Assembly: GCA_029261055.1 (NCBI GenBank)
Contig: JAJDCA010000071.1
Coordinates: 25,778 to 89,777, forward strand
Origin: Candidatus Omnitrophota bacterium
GTDB lineage: Bacteria; Omnitrophota; Gorgyraeia; Zapsychrales; Zapsychraceae
Direction: 5' to 3'
Length of the DNA: 64,000 nt
Both the position numbers and the translations under genes were made by a program. Under the pieces are notes generated by a model that searched no databases, was not told the DNA's origin, and saw nothing but the letters and a program-made list of their open reading frames with translations. This document shows, piece after piece, positions 45,517 through 55,502 of this stretch (the stretch's first letter is position 1; every line of letters begins with the position of its first letter).

Positions 45517-47642
45517 AGGGATATTAAGTAAAAAAGTATAAAATTAAACAGTCCTAATAAAAAGTAGTTTAAAGAATAATGCCACCAGGTGCCATAACGA
45601 AAGGTGACCGTATTTTCACCTGCCGGAAGCCAGACACCTTTGAAAGCGATGTTTGCCTGCCAGAGAGGAGTTTCTTTCCCATTGAGAAAAGCTTTCCAGT
45701 CTTTATGAAAGTTATCATTGTAGACGAGGAATTTTTGTGTATCAAAGTGTGTTTTAACCTTTATGGCGTTAGGATTAAATTTTAGAACCTGAAATTGTTG
45801 TGAATTTTCTGTGATAAGTTGATAGGTTTTTGGATGATTTTTTTCTGCGATAGGGGTAATCGTTTTTTTATTGAAATCAGGTGAAGAAATGAGGGCCAGG
45901 TTCTTTTTTTCTTTTAATAAGCGCTGGAGGTGGTTTAAATCGGTTATGTCATTATTGATCCATTGAACATCATCATAAAGAATAAATTTGTGTCGTGCAT
46001 AGGCGTCCAAAATGTTTGGGTTAATATTGTTATGAAGAAGGTTGTGCCATTTTGTCGTAATGTACAGTATGGAAGGTTTTTGGATTAAGGCGGTATTTTC
46101 TTCTGACGTATTAGTAAGGTCCTGTTTTTGAGATTCGCCCCATCGTGTAAAAGTAAAATTTTCATGAGGGGCGTCATACCTATTTGAATCTTTAGATATG
46201 AATGCATTTTGATTGATGTAGTGAAAAACTTCCATGGATTGTGTTGCTGTAAGGATAAAGAGGAAGAGGGGCACATATCGTGCCGCCTTTTGATGGAGCT
46301 TTGATGCCAGGAAGAAATGATAAACAAAAAATAAAAAGCTGAAGCCGATAACAGCATAAGAAGTGATGATGGCATTGTTGAGTTTATGAAGAAAAATAAA
46401 GGCGGCAAGGTGGACAAGGATTAAATAAAGAAAAAGACCATATTTTGTCGTTATTGTATTGGTTTGGATGTTTAAGAATGCGCGTAATTGGTCGACAATA
46501 AATAAAATAAAGACAGGTAAAAGAAATATCCATAAAAAATTGGTTGAATTGCGAAAATATTTAAAGAAAAATACATGTTGATACAAAAAATGATAAATAG
46601 GCCCCTCTGTCGATAAAATAAGAAAAAGGCTGACACCGCAGAGTAAAAAGAAAAAGTTTCGTTTATGCAAAGCTGTAAAAGCTCCCAGCAAAAGCAGTAA
46701 ATAGCCAAAAATCGGGATATGAAATAACTCTAACCCTGTTTTACGAAAATCAGGAAAAAGTTTGTCAAATTGAAGTCGTGTAATAATGCCCTGTTCACCA
46801 CCTTCAATAACAGCAAGATCAACGCTTAGGGTATTTTCGGACGAAGAGTTTGCGTGCCGCATGGGGAGAACGATGTCGTTTTGTTGTCCTTCTAAATAGA
46901 AGAAGAGTCCGGGGAGGAGAGATAGAATAAGACAAAATGTGCAAAAACTAACAAAAATTTTGTGTTTTTGAAGGAATTGATAATAGCGAAGGCAAATCGT
47001 TTTTAAGCATCGAAAATAGAGAAGAATAAAACATAATAGAGAAATTAGAAGGATAGTCAGAAAATAAAATGGGATGTACGTTGTTAAGATGATCATTAAT
47101 GTAAAAGTTATTCCCAGGCCATACAGTTTTTTTGGTTCTTGCGAAAAGGACAGTAAGAAATAAAAAAACCAGGCAATAGGGGTAAATAAGAAAATAATGT
47201 AATTAAAGAATAAAAGTGTGCCAAGCGATGAAAATAATAAGAGAAGGAAGGCGGCCAGTGCCATGGTCGTATCTTGAAATATCCGTTTAGCTAATAAATA
47301 GAAACCGCTCATCCCCAAGAAAAAATAAGCAGAGAGAAATATGAGGTAGGACGACACGTAGGGAAGCCCGGCTTTATGCAGGATCATAATGAAAAAGTAA
47401 AAGGGATTAAACGCTCCGATGCGTCGTAAGAAAAACTCATTGGGGAGGCCTGTCTGCCAGAAATGATCCCATAAAGGATAGACGCCATGACCAATATTGT
47501 CGATGTAAAATTTGATATGATCATAATAAGATACAGCATCGACAATGAGGCGCAGTTTTCCTGATAAGAAATCTTTAAAAGCAAATAGCCATAAAGCTGA
47601 TGAGATAAAAAGTAAAATAGGGATAGTTTTACGATAATTCAT
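45471..47642 (-). CDS. YfhO-like multi-TM protein (GT-C-like)
   Basis: More than 10 TM, YPLWD, C-terminal FLVYND..WKA.LNG...ANIAFKGV.LPAGE..V.F.Y. Confidence 0.75.
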   Translation of the reverse strand: MNYRKTIPILLFISSALWLFAFKDFLSGKLRLIVDAVSYYDHIKFYIDNIGHGVYPLWDHFWQTGLPNEFFLRRIGAFNPFYFFIMILHKAGLPYVSSYLIFLSAYFFLGMSGFYLLAKRIFQDTTMALAAFLLLLFSSLGTLLFFNYIIFLFTPIAWFFYFLLSFSQEPKKLYGLGITFTLMIILTTYIPFYFLTILLISLLCFILLYFRCLKTICLRYYQFLQKHKIFVSFCTFCLILSLLPGLFFYLEGQQNDIVLPMRHANSSSENTLSVDLAVIEGGEQGIITRLQFDKLFPDFRKTGLELFHIPIFGYLLLLLGAFTALHKRNFFFLLCGVSLFLILSTEGPIYHFLYQHVFFFKYFRNSTNFLWIFLLPVFILFIVDQLRAFLNIQTNTITTKYGLFLYLILVHLAAFIFLHKLNNAIITSYAVIGFSFLFFVYHFFLASKLHQKAARYVPLFLFILTATQSMEVFHYINQNAFISKDSNRYDAPHENFTFTRWGESQKQDLTNTSEENTALIQKPSILYITTKWHNLLHNNINPNILDAYARHKFILYDDVQWINNDITDLNHLQRLLKEKKNLALISSPDFNKKTITPIAEKNHPKTYQLITENSQQFQVLKFNPNAIKVKTHFDTQKFLVYNDNFHKDWKAFLNGKETPLWQANIAFKGVWLPAGENTVTFRYGTWWHYSLNYFLLGLFNFILFYLISLWMKQKQIEPATDPC

Positions 47643-49293
47643 AGAGATAAATTGAGGCTCCTTTGCGTTCCAAATATTGTATTCGTTTTCCTTGTTTATC
47701 AAATCCGCTTAAGATGATTGCTTTGAGTTTGTCGTTATTAGCGGAAACGGTTGAGAAAAAAAGCCATACTCTTCCTTTAAGTGCGAAAGGAAGCCGTTTA
47801 TTTTCAATAACGATATTTTTGTTGTCGCCATTATTGAGGACAACAGATTCTCTAAAATATCCTGCCGTATTGTAAAGGTGGTAGACATATCGGAAAGGAA
47901 CGTAGTTAATCCCTTGATGTTCGCTGGGGGAAAAAGGGAATTGTGCGATTTTATGGCCTTCTAATAGGGAGCTGTTTCGTTTACCCAGGTTTTCTTTAGG
48001 GAGCGTGTGGCTGAAATTCATCTGGCTGGCATAGTACCAGTAGGAGAATTGCGCAGAAGAGTCAAGGAATAAAGAATCTCCGGGTTGAAAATGTTTTTTA
48101 AAGGCTTCAAGAACAAAGCGGTTATCTTCAATAACACGGGGGATGAAAAGATTTGTTAATGTTATTTCAACCGGTTTGTAGAGTAATAATGCAAAAAGGG
48201 TTAGGCCAATTAAGAACGGAGAAGATTTTCCTAAATTACTTTTATGGATAAGCTTTATTAAAAATACAATACCTTGGGCCATAAAAATGAATATGGCAGG
48301 TAATAAGAAAAGAAGTAGTCGGCTACGAAAGGGGTATTTTTGTAAGATGGCGGCCAATAGGGTTAAGACAATAGGTAATAAGAGTAGAAAAAATATTTTT
48401 CGATTTTTTTTAAATAAAGAAAGGCTGCCAAGGATAAAGAAAAATGCTGTGAGGTAAAGAGGGCGAAAACCTCCAGGGTCGCGCAGGGCATTCAGGCAAG
48501 AAGATTTTAACCATATCAGGTTTTTCCAGGCCAAGAGTGGTTGCGGCATGAGGGCGCCTTGCCATGTTACTAAAATTGTTTGGTTGTCAACCATATGAGA
48601 GAGGGATACCTTGTACAGACTGAGGAAACTTATCCCCCAAAGGGCAAAGGCTGGTAAGAGCATTAAGAGTCTGGTCCATTGTTTTTTTAGACAGCAGTAA
48701 CCCGTCAAAATTATTCCTAATCCGGCGAGAATAAAGAGGCAAGAACTAGATAGCCATATGGCTAATGCCCCTGTAATGCTCAATACAAAGATATTGAGGG
48801 GGCGTAGTTTTTCATGGTTCATTTTTGTAAAAATAAGACATAAAAGTAAGCTGACAAAAACATCGGAAGAGTATTGTTTCACTTCGGCAGAGTAGTAGAT
48901 GAGGCGTTCGGAAATGGCAAATAAGGCCAGGGCGAGCGTTAAAGTTTTTGGCCCAACAGTGTTTTTAAGAAAAAAATAAAATAAAATCAGAGATCCAAGG
49001 CCGCATAAAAGTGGGAACAGACGAAGAGCTAATTCATGATTTCCCAATAGGGTCACCATAAATTTCTCGATGAATAGAAAAATTAAAGGGGCTTTGGCGA
49101 GTTCAGGAAATATTTCGACATTCTGCCATATTTCTGAAAAGGAACGGTTCACAATAGCAATGGCCAGACAAGATTCATCCGTCCAGAGGGAGCGGTTTTC
49201 GAAATAAAACTTGAGCCGGAGAATCATTCCAAACAGGATGAGGCCAATATGGAAGACAGGGCTAATAAAGAAATTAGGTAGACGTCGGGTCAT
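47629..49293 (-). CDS. GT39/PMT_2-like GT-C glycosyltransferase
   Basis: RSLWTDE, ALRLFPLLCG, IYYSAEVKQYS. Confidence 0.8.
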   Translation of the reverse strand: MTRRLPNFFISPVFHIGLILFGMILRLKFYFENRSLWTDESCLAIAIVNRSFSEIWQNVEIFPELAKAPLIFLFIEKFMVTLLGNHELALRLFPLLCGLGSLILFYFFLKNTVGPKTLTLALALFAISERLIYYSAEVKQYSSDVFVSLLLCLIFTKMNHEKLRPLNIFVLSITGALAIWLSSSCLFILAGLGIILTGYCCLKKQWTRLLMLLPAFALWGISFLSLYKVSLSHMVDNQTILVTWQGALMPQPLLAWKNLIWLKSSCLNALRDPGGFRPLYLTAFFFILGSLSLFKKNRKIFFLLLLPIVLTLLAAILQKYPFRSRLLLFLLPAIFIFMAQGIVFLIKLIHKSNLGKSSPFLIGLTLFALLLYKPVEITLTNLFIPRVIEDNRFVLEAFKKHFQPGDSLFLDSSAQFSYWYYASQMNFSHTLPKENLGKRNSSLLEGHKIAQFPFSPSEHQGINYVPFRYVYHLYNTAGYFRESVVLNNGDNKNIVIENKRLPFALKGRVWLFFSTVSANNDKLKAIILSGFDKQGKRIQYLERKGASIYLYELS

Positions 49294-50647
49294 TTTTAAA
49301 ACAAACATAACAACAGAAAAATAAAATCGAGGGTAATAAATAAAAATAAATTCGGCTCAAAGTGCTTCTGAGCCTCCAGGATAAGTCAAAATTAATGGTT
49401 GTCAGGTAAATAAAGATTAAAATACAAAAATATGTCAGAAAAAAGAATGTAATCACTTTATTTTCTTTTTGAAAAAATTCAGAAAACCGCGGCAGGACCA
49501 TAAACAAAATCAGGCACCAGATCAGTCCCCACTTGAGGTTTACAATTTCCGCAATGACGGCTGATAATGTAATGGTTAAACCTTTTAAATTCAAGAATTC
49601 AAAGTTTTTTATTCCAGTGCCGGGAAGAATGTCTGGATTAGGCGGCGCCAGAAAAAGTTTGAAGATGAGGCAGGCCGAAAAAGTGACAATCAATCCGATA
49701 AAAAATCGGGATAATAACCTACGCAGACCCCCGAGGTCTGTTTGGTTTTTGATTTTCTCAAAAACAAGATAAAGGCAAATCATGCCTGTAAGGAGGATGG
49801 CCATGACAATGCCTTCATTTTTTGTAAAGGTTAATAGCCCCATAACAAGACCCGCTAAGATGGCGATAGAATCGTTTTTTTCACGGATTGTGAGCATGGT
49901 CAGGATTGTTGCCGCACAGAGATAAAAGGCTAAAAGGATGTCGGCATATTGGGATGAGCCTAAGAGAATAAAATGGGGTATGAGGAGTAATAGAAATGAA
50001 GCCAGGAAGGCGATTCTTTTTCGGGTAAATTGGTACAAACCGGCAAAGATTAAAAATCCACTATTGAGAGTAAATACAAACGCAGTTGCCAGGGTAATGT
50101 GATGAATAGGGCCGGGGGCAACGGCATAGATCCAGGTATTAATAAAGGGAAGGAGCAAAGGGTAATCTGGTTGCGTGTAGGGATGGAGTTTATCAAAAAT
50201 TACTGTCCAATCAGCGCCGTTGAGGATAAGGAATTTTGTTTTTGTATTGTACAAGGCCCAGGCATCCCATCCGCCAAAAGGGTATCTTTGAAACAAGAAA
50301 TAGAGGCATCCGGAAAGGATTGCGCCACCTAAAATCAGGCCGATGGAAGAAGGGCGAAAAATATTTTTTGTAAAGAAATTTTCAAACGACGGAAGTTTTT
50401 TTTTGGAATAACAAAAAAAAGATAAGGCCAGTAAGCAAACTATGTTTATGCCGATAACGGTAAATCGGTGGAAACCATTAAACATAAGAAATGAAAAAAA
50501 TGTCAGTATGGAAGAAATACCTAGGCCAAGGCCGAGGCTGAGAGATAGACGTAGCGGGGCCTTCATCATTTTGGAATCTTGAAGGATCGCATGGATTGTT
50601 AAGAATCCGATAAAGAATGAGATGAGATAAGCTAATAAAATGGTCAT
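49274..50647 (-). CDS. GT-C-like multi-TM glycosyltransferase
   Basis: GWDAWA.Y..K, DYPLLLP, YADI.LA, TKNEG. Confidence 0.75.
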   Translation of the reverse strand: MTILLAYLISFFIGFLTIHAILQDSKMMKAPLRLSLSLGLGLGISSILTFFSFLMFNGFHRFTVIGINIVCLLALSFFCYSKKKLPSFENFFTKNIFRPSSIGLILGGAILSGCLYFLFQRYPFGGWDAWALYNTKTKFLILNGADWTVIFDKLHPYTQPDYPLLLPFINTWIYAVAPGPIHHITLATAFVFTLNSGFLIFAGLYQFTRKRIAFLASFLLLLIPHFILLGSSQYADILLAFYLCAATILTMLTIREKNDSIAILAGLVMGLLTFTKNEGIVMAILLTGMICLYLVFEKIKNQTDLGGLRRLLSRFFIGLIVTFSACLIFKLFLAPPNPDILPGTGIKNFEFLNLKGLTITLSAVIAEIVNLKWGLIWCLILFMVLPRFSEFFQKENKVITFFFLTYFCILIFIYLTTINFDLSWRLRSTLSRIYFYLLPSILFFCCYVCFKNDPTST

Positions 50648-51054
50648 GGTTTTTTTACAGCTAATACCTTGCCGTAGCGATTAGCATAAATCGGTACAGC
50701 GCCTATTTTATCTAATGTGTAAAGGACAAAAGATTCATGGGTGTAATTTAAAATGGTCCATGGGTGATCTGCATTATTGAAATCTAAAATTGTTGGAGCG
50801 AGCATGTTTTGAGCGCGTAAAAATTCTCCGTCATTATGTTCAGGCGACATATCTTTATTGGTTAGATAGCCGACATGTTTTACTTTGCGGAGTTTTTCTT
50901 TCAAATCAGCATAGGGAAATCCCGGTGCTATGATAGGTTTATGGAGTTTTTGGATTTGAACCAAGGTATTCACGCCCACAAAGAACATGTTGATGGCAAG
51001 AAGTACGGCCGCGAAGCCAATAATAATATTATTGTGCCGGAAAATTTTTTTCAT
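50644..51054 (-). CDS. Single-TM hypothetical protein
   Basis: One TM plus a soluble domain, translationally coupled within the cluster. Confidence 0.6.
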   Translation of the reverse strand: MKKIFRHNNIIIGFAAVLLAINMFFVGVNTLVQIQKLHKPIIAPGFPYADLKEKLRKVKHVGYLTNKDMSPEHNDGEFLRAQNMLAPTILDFNNADHPWTILNYTHESFVLYTLDKIGAVPIYANRYGKVLAVKKP

Positions 51055-52756
51055 TGATTGAGGTTTGATGCATTTTAAGAAAAGTAAGATATTTGGGTAA
51101 CCATTGTTCATGGATTTTCTTTCCATCTAAAATCCATACAAATCCTTTTTGGCGGTCTTCCTTGCTGATTTGTCCTAACATGAGATCCCGGTAAGTGCAA
51201 ACTTCTTGCTCCTGTGTCCAGACAGGACTAGAAGAAAGAGTTGGAAAACGGGCAACGACATATTTTTTGAATTCTCCAGATTGATAAAGAGCTGTCAATA
51301 CAGGATCATCATTAAAATCTTTCTCCATGCAGGAGTTCCAGATGGTTTTTCCTGTTATGGGTGGCACAAGGATGTACCCTTCTGTGACTTGGGCAATTGT
51401 TTGAATGCCTCCAAATTTTAAATCGCCGGTCTCTTTGGGGTTTCGTAGAAACATGATAACATTTTTATTGCGTGCATGATTTTTGTATGTGTAAATACGA
51501 TGAATGTCATTTTTCATGAGCCAATCGTAGATGTGGGTGTTGGCCATGCGTGAGGGAAGAATGTCATTAAAAAAGATAAAACCATTAAATAATAAGTGAC
51601 CTGCAAAAATACTGGCCAGGCTAAACGCAATTATTTTTTGTTTTCGTGGAGACCACGCGGGCCATTCTTCTTTAAGGGTGTAAACGGCTATCGCAATTCC
51701 CAGGATAATACCTATGATCCATGAAAAGTAATTTCGCCCAAATTGGGCTACTTTAACAATTTCTACACAGACAGGCGTTGAAATACTGAGCAAAATAATA
51801 GCGAATATCCAAGGCCTTTTTACAGATTTTTTCGCCAAATACACGAGGCTGACAAGATAAGTAATAAACATAATGGGTGTGATGAAAAAGAAATATTTAA
51901 TAATCCATGCCCAGCCGCCCCCTCTAAACCCTTCAGGAATAGGGAAATATTCAACCAGTGCTTTCTTCCAGAGGATAAAATCATTACCCTTTTGGCTAAA
52001 CGCCAGAAAATCTATAAAAGTTTTGATGTAGGTAACAGGATCAGGCAAGGTGAAATACAAAAGGATAAGGATGGATCCTAAAAGTACGAAGACTAAATGG
52101 AGGAGGGTTGTCTTTAAATTAAATTTTTTAAAGGGGATAATAAAGTGATAAATAGCAAATGCCATATAATAGGGAAGATAGATCGGTGATGTGGGTGAAG
52201 AAAAGATCATGAAGCCTAAAAATAATCCAGATAAAAAAGAAAAGAATTTGCGAAGGCGTCCATATTGGAGAAAAAAGATGGCTACCAAACAATTCATAAG
52301 CACCAATGGAGGATGAGCGCCCTGAAGGATGTACAAATAAGGCCAGGCGGACGTAGCGAAGAGTAGAGCGGCCACAAATCCTGTCGCGGCGTTAAAAAGC
52401 TTTTTAAAAATAAAATAAAATAAAACAGTCGATATGTTTACGGCAATGATCAATACGAGGACATTAGGAAACAACGTGGTGAAATCATTGAGGAGGCGTT
52501 GCATCACAGCAATCCCTAATATCAGAGATTCTTTAAAGCGCATGATAAGCTTAAACCCGACGAGCTCATGAATTTCAGAAACATACGGCTGATTAAAAAG
52601 CCGCGTTGCCGCTGGAATGTAAGGATGATGCGAATCGGTAGGCCAGTAATTGATGTAGTAGGTGGATATGCATAAAAAAATAGTTGCTGCTAGAGAAAAG
52701 ATAAGAATGCCGCTCAGATAATACTTGGAGAAATTTGGTCGGTTCACAATAGCCAA
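51029..52756 (-). CDS. GT-C-like multi-TM protein
   Basis: About 11 TM, acidic first loop (PTDS), soluble C-terminal domain. TTG start. Confidence 0.65.
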   Translation of the reverse strand: MAIVNRPNFSKYYLSGILIFSLAATIFLCISTYYINYWPTDSHHPYIPAATRLFNQPYVSEIHELVGFKLIMRFKESLILGIAVMQRLLNDFTTLFPNVLVLIIAVNISTVLFYFIFKKLFNAATGFVAALLFATSAWPYLYILQGAHPPLVLMNCLVAIFFLQYGRLRKFFSFLSGLFLGFMIFSSPTSPIYLPYYMAFAIYHFIIPFKKFNLKTTLLHLVFVLLGSILILLYFTLPDPVTYIKTFIDFLAFSQKGNDFILWKKALVEYFPIPEGFRGGGWAWIIKYFFFITPIMFITYLVSLVYLAKKSVKRPWIFAIILLSISTPVCVEIVKVAQFGRNYFSWIIGIILGIAIAVYTLKEEWPAWSPRKQKIIAFSLASIFAGHLLFNGFIFFNDILPSRMANTHIYDWLMKNDIHRIYTYKNHARNKNVIMFLRNPKETGDLKFGGIQTIAQVTEGYILVPPITGKTIWNSCMEKDFNDDPVLTALYQSGEFKKYVVARFPTLSSSPVWTQEQEVCTYRDLMLGQISKEDRQKGFVWILDGKKIHEQWLPKYLTFLKMHQTSINEKNFPAQ

Positions 52757-52877
52757 CTATATCTTAACTGTATGGGATAATCAACTTAAATAAAAAACTT
52801 CCTTAAATTTTGTTTTGTAGTATATAATGATTTTTATTATTTTATCTTTTTAAGAGAATAAGAAAAAAGGAGAGGTC

Positions 52878-53150
52878 ATGGTAAAAAAATTGCTTTTACT
52901 TTTTGTTGCAATTGCATTAATTGGGTGTGCCTACGAAGGGCAAGAATTAAAAACATACATTAAAAATCCACGCTGGTTTATTAAGGATCCCCATTTTGCC
53001 AACTACAAAGATAAGCGTAATGCTTTGGAAAGTTCTTATTTAAACAAAGAATTGACCTACGCGGAATATGTGGAAGAGATGAATGGGTTGGATGAGACAT
53101 ATGCGAAAGAAGTTCAGGAAAGAGATGCGAAGATTGCAGAATCGTATTAG
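52878..53150 (+). CDS. Small lipoprotein
   Basis: AGGAG RBS, lipobox LIGC. Confidence 0.75.
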   Translation: MVKKLLLLFVAIALIGCAYEGQELKTYIKNPRWFIKDPHFANYKDKRNALESSYLNKELTYAEYVEEMNGLDETYAKEVQERDAKIAESY

Positions 53151-53162
53151 GGAAATGTAATA

Positions 53163-53894
53163 ATGAAACTTTTTGGTAAAAATTCGGTTATTGAACGGCT
53201 ACGGTCTAATCCTTCCAGTATTATTAAAATTTTTATTGAGCAGGGTTACAAGGATTCAGCCTACATTCATAAAAAAGCAAAACAAAGAAACATTCCTATC
53301 TTTGTCGTGCCTTCGTCTAAGATGCGGAAGGTGGGGCGAGATAAAAATACGCAAGGGGTTATCATTGATGTTGAAAATTTTCCTTACGTTCTTTATGAGG
53401 ATTTGATTCAAACAGCATTGAAAAAGAAGGTTTGCCTTGTTTTTCTTGATGGCCTTAATGATCCTCAGAATCTGGGGGCGATCATGCGTAGTTTGGGATG
53501 TTTGGGGAAGTTTGCGATAGTTCTTCCTACGCATGATTCTGTGCATGTTAATGAGACTGTTGTACGGGTGGCCTCCGGGGGGGATAATTATGTGCCGGTA
53601 GCGCAGGTATCGAATTTAAATAAAGCCATTCAGCAGGCTAAAGAGGCTGGATTCTGGATTGCCGGTTCTGTTGTGAAGGATGGCAAATCGTTGTATGAGG
53701 CTGAGTTGTCATTTCCTCTTGGACTTGTCGTTGGGTCAGAGCAGAAAGGTGTTCGGCAGAGTGTTCAAAAAAATTTAGATTTGGAAATCACAATTCCTAT
53801 GCCGGTGCACACATTATCTTTAAATGTCGCGCATGCGACGTCAATAATATGTTATGAAATCAAAAGACAATCCTTCAATAAAAGCCGCCGTTAA
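53163..53894 (+). CDS. rlmB: 23S rRNA Gm2251 methyltransferase RlmB-like
   Basis: FGKNSVIE, LDGLNDPQNLGAIMRS, GSEQKGVR, SLNVAHA. Confidence 0.88.
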   Translation: MKLFGKNSVIERLRSNPSSIIKIFIEQGYKDSAYIHKKAKQRNIPIFVVPSSKMRKVGRDKNTQGVIIDVENFPYVLYEDLIQTALKKKVCLVFLDGLNDPQNLGAIMRSLGCLGKFAIVLPTHDSVHVNETVVRVASGGDNYVPVAQVSNLNKAIQQAKEAGFWIAGSVVKDGKSLYEAELSFPLGLVVGSEQKGVRQSVQKNLDLEITIPMPVHTLSLNVAHATSIICYEIKRQSFNKSRR

Positions 53895-54447
53895 TTTTTT
53901 TGCAGAGACAGGCCTTCTTAAACACATCAAGCGTAGTGGATGGTGGGTGGCGGGTATTAAAGACCCGGAGAGTGTGGCTGAACATTGTTTTCGTTGCGCT
54001 GTGATGGGGTATTATTTGGCCCATTTAGAAAAAGTAGATCCTTTAAAAGTGCTTGTGATGACACTTTTTAATGATGTGCACGAAGCTAGAATTAATGATC
54101 TTCATAAAATGGGGCATCATTACATCGATTTTAGAGAAGCCGAAAAAAAAGTATTTCATGATCAGGTTAAGAATTTAGATAAGGGTGTTAAGAAAGAAAT
54201 GACGTATTTTCGCGCCGAGTATGATGATCAAGAAACCAAAGAAAGTGTGGTGGCGCGCGATGCGGATATTTTAGAATGTCTGCTTCAAGCTAAAGAATAT
54301 TATGATAACGGGCATACAAAGGCGAAGAAATTTTTTAAAAGAGCTCCGGAGCATTTAAAAACGAAGTCGGCTCAGAAAATGTGGGCCCAAATAAAATCCT
54401 GGGATAGTGGTCAGTGGTGGGAGGATGTGGTAAAGTTTGAGAGATAA
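53854..54447 (+). CDS. HD-domain phosphohydrolase (YfbR/HDDC2-like)
   Basis: LKHIKRSGW, ESVAEH, ARDADILE. The HD dyad reads ND. Confidence 0.82.
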   Translation: MKSKDNPSIKAAVNFFAETGLLKHIKRSGWWVAGIKDPESVAEHCFRCAVMGYYLAHLEKVDPLKVLVMTLFNDVHEARINDLHKMGHHYIDFREAEKKVFHDQVKNLDKGVKKEMTYFRAEYDDQETKESVVARDADILECLLQAKEYYDNGHTKAKKFFKRAPEHLKTKSAQKMWAQIKSWDSGQWWEDVVKFER

Positions 54448-55207
54448 GATTCTAAGCCTATTCTTAATTTTATTTCTTACAGGGTGCAGCTCTTTAGGGA
54501 CCTACAATGCAGCTACGGGGCGAAGTGAACTTATTTTTATCCCGACTTCCGAAGAAGTGACGATGGGACGGGATGTTCATGGTAATATTATCCGCCAATA
54601 TGAATTATCTTCACAAACAGAAAAAATAGAACGTATTGAAAAGATTGGTCAGCGACTGGCGCAAATTTCAGATCGTCAAGATTATCAATACCATTTTTAT
54701 TTAATCGAAAAAGAAGAAATGAATGCCTTTACCACGCCGGGAGGAAATATTTATTTAAATACCGGCCTTGTGGATAAATTAAAAACAGATGATCAAATCG
54801 CTGCAGTTGTAGCGCATGAAATAGGCCATTGTGCGGCCAGGCATACGATCAAAAAATTTCAAGCAGCACTTGGATATAATCTTATTGGTAATATAATAAT
54901 AAATCAAGTAGAGATGGGCGATCAGGTAAAAGGTATGGCTTCTTTGGGCTCTAATGCGTTGATGACTTTGGTTTTTTCGTCTTATGGGCGCAAAGATGAG
55001 TATGAAGCTGATCGACTTGGGGTTAAGTATATGCAGTTGGCCGGGTATGATCTTCAAGCCATGGTGGAAACACTCACAATACTTAAAAAAGAGTCAAAGG
55101 GGGCGAAGACACCACTTATTTTGAGAAGCCACCCTTATTTAGATGACCGTGTGCAAGCGGTGAAAGAAATGATTGCACAAACAAACAAGCAAAGAGACAT
55201 CTTATGA
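54437..55207 (+). CDS. M48-family metallopeptidase lipoprotein
   Basis: Lipobox LTGC, NAFTTPGG, HEIGH, EYEAD, SHP. Confidence 0.92.
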   Translation: MRDKILSLFLILFLTGCSSLGTYNAATGRSELIFIPTSEEVTMGRDVHGNIIRQYELSSQTEKIERIEKIGQRLAQISDRQDYQYHFYLIEKEEMNAFTTPGGNIYLNTGLVDKLKTDDQIAAVVAHEIGHCAARHTIKKFQAALGYNLIGNIIINQVEMGDQVKGMASLGSNALMTLVFSSYGRKDEYEADRLGVKYMQLAGYDLQAMVETLTILKKESKGAKTPLILRSHPYLDDRVQAVKEMIAQTNKQRDIL

Positions 55208-55497
55208 AGCGCATCGGAATAGCCGCCAGTAAGATTGCAAAAGGCAATCTTCTTCTCTATAATAGTTACGTTGTACTCATTGCTTTTTTGTTTTCTTTAT
55301 TTGTTTTTATTGTTTCCGGGGCAACAGTGGTGTTTGCGTTTGTGATTATTGCCTATCTTAGTAATGAAGTTATTCCTTCCGAAATGGAAAGGAATTGGTC
55401 TTCTGTTCGCATGGTGTGTATGGTTGTTTTAACCGTAGTTATTGGTATATTTAATCTTTTAGCTATCTCTCAAAATATAAAAATTCAAAATAAGTAA
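55204..55497 (+). CDS. Small membrane protein
   Basis: Two long hydrophobic segments, ATGA coupling. Confidence 0.65.
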   Translation: MKRIGIAASKIAKGNLLLYNSYVVLIAFLFSLFVFIVSGATVVFAFVIIAYLSNEVIPSEMERNWSSVRMVCMVVLTVVIGIFNLLAISQNIKIQNK

Positions 55498-55502
55498 ATA
55501 TT

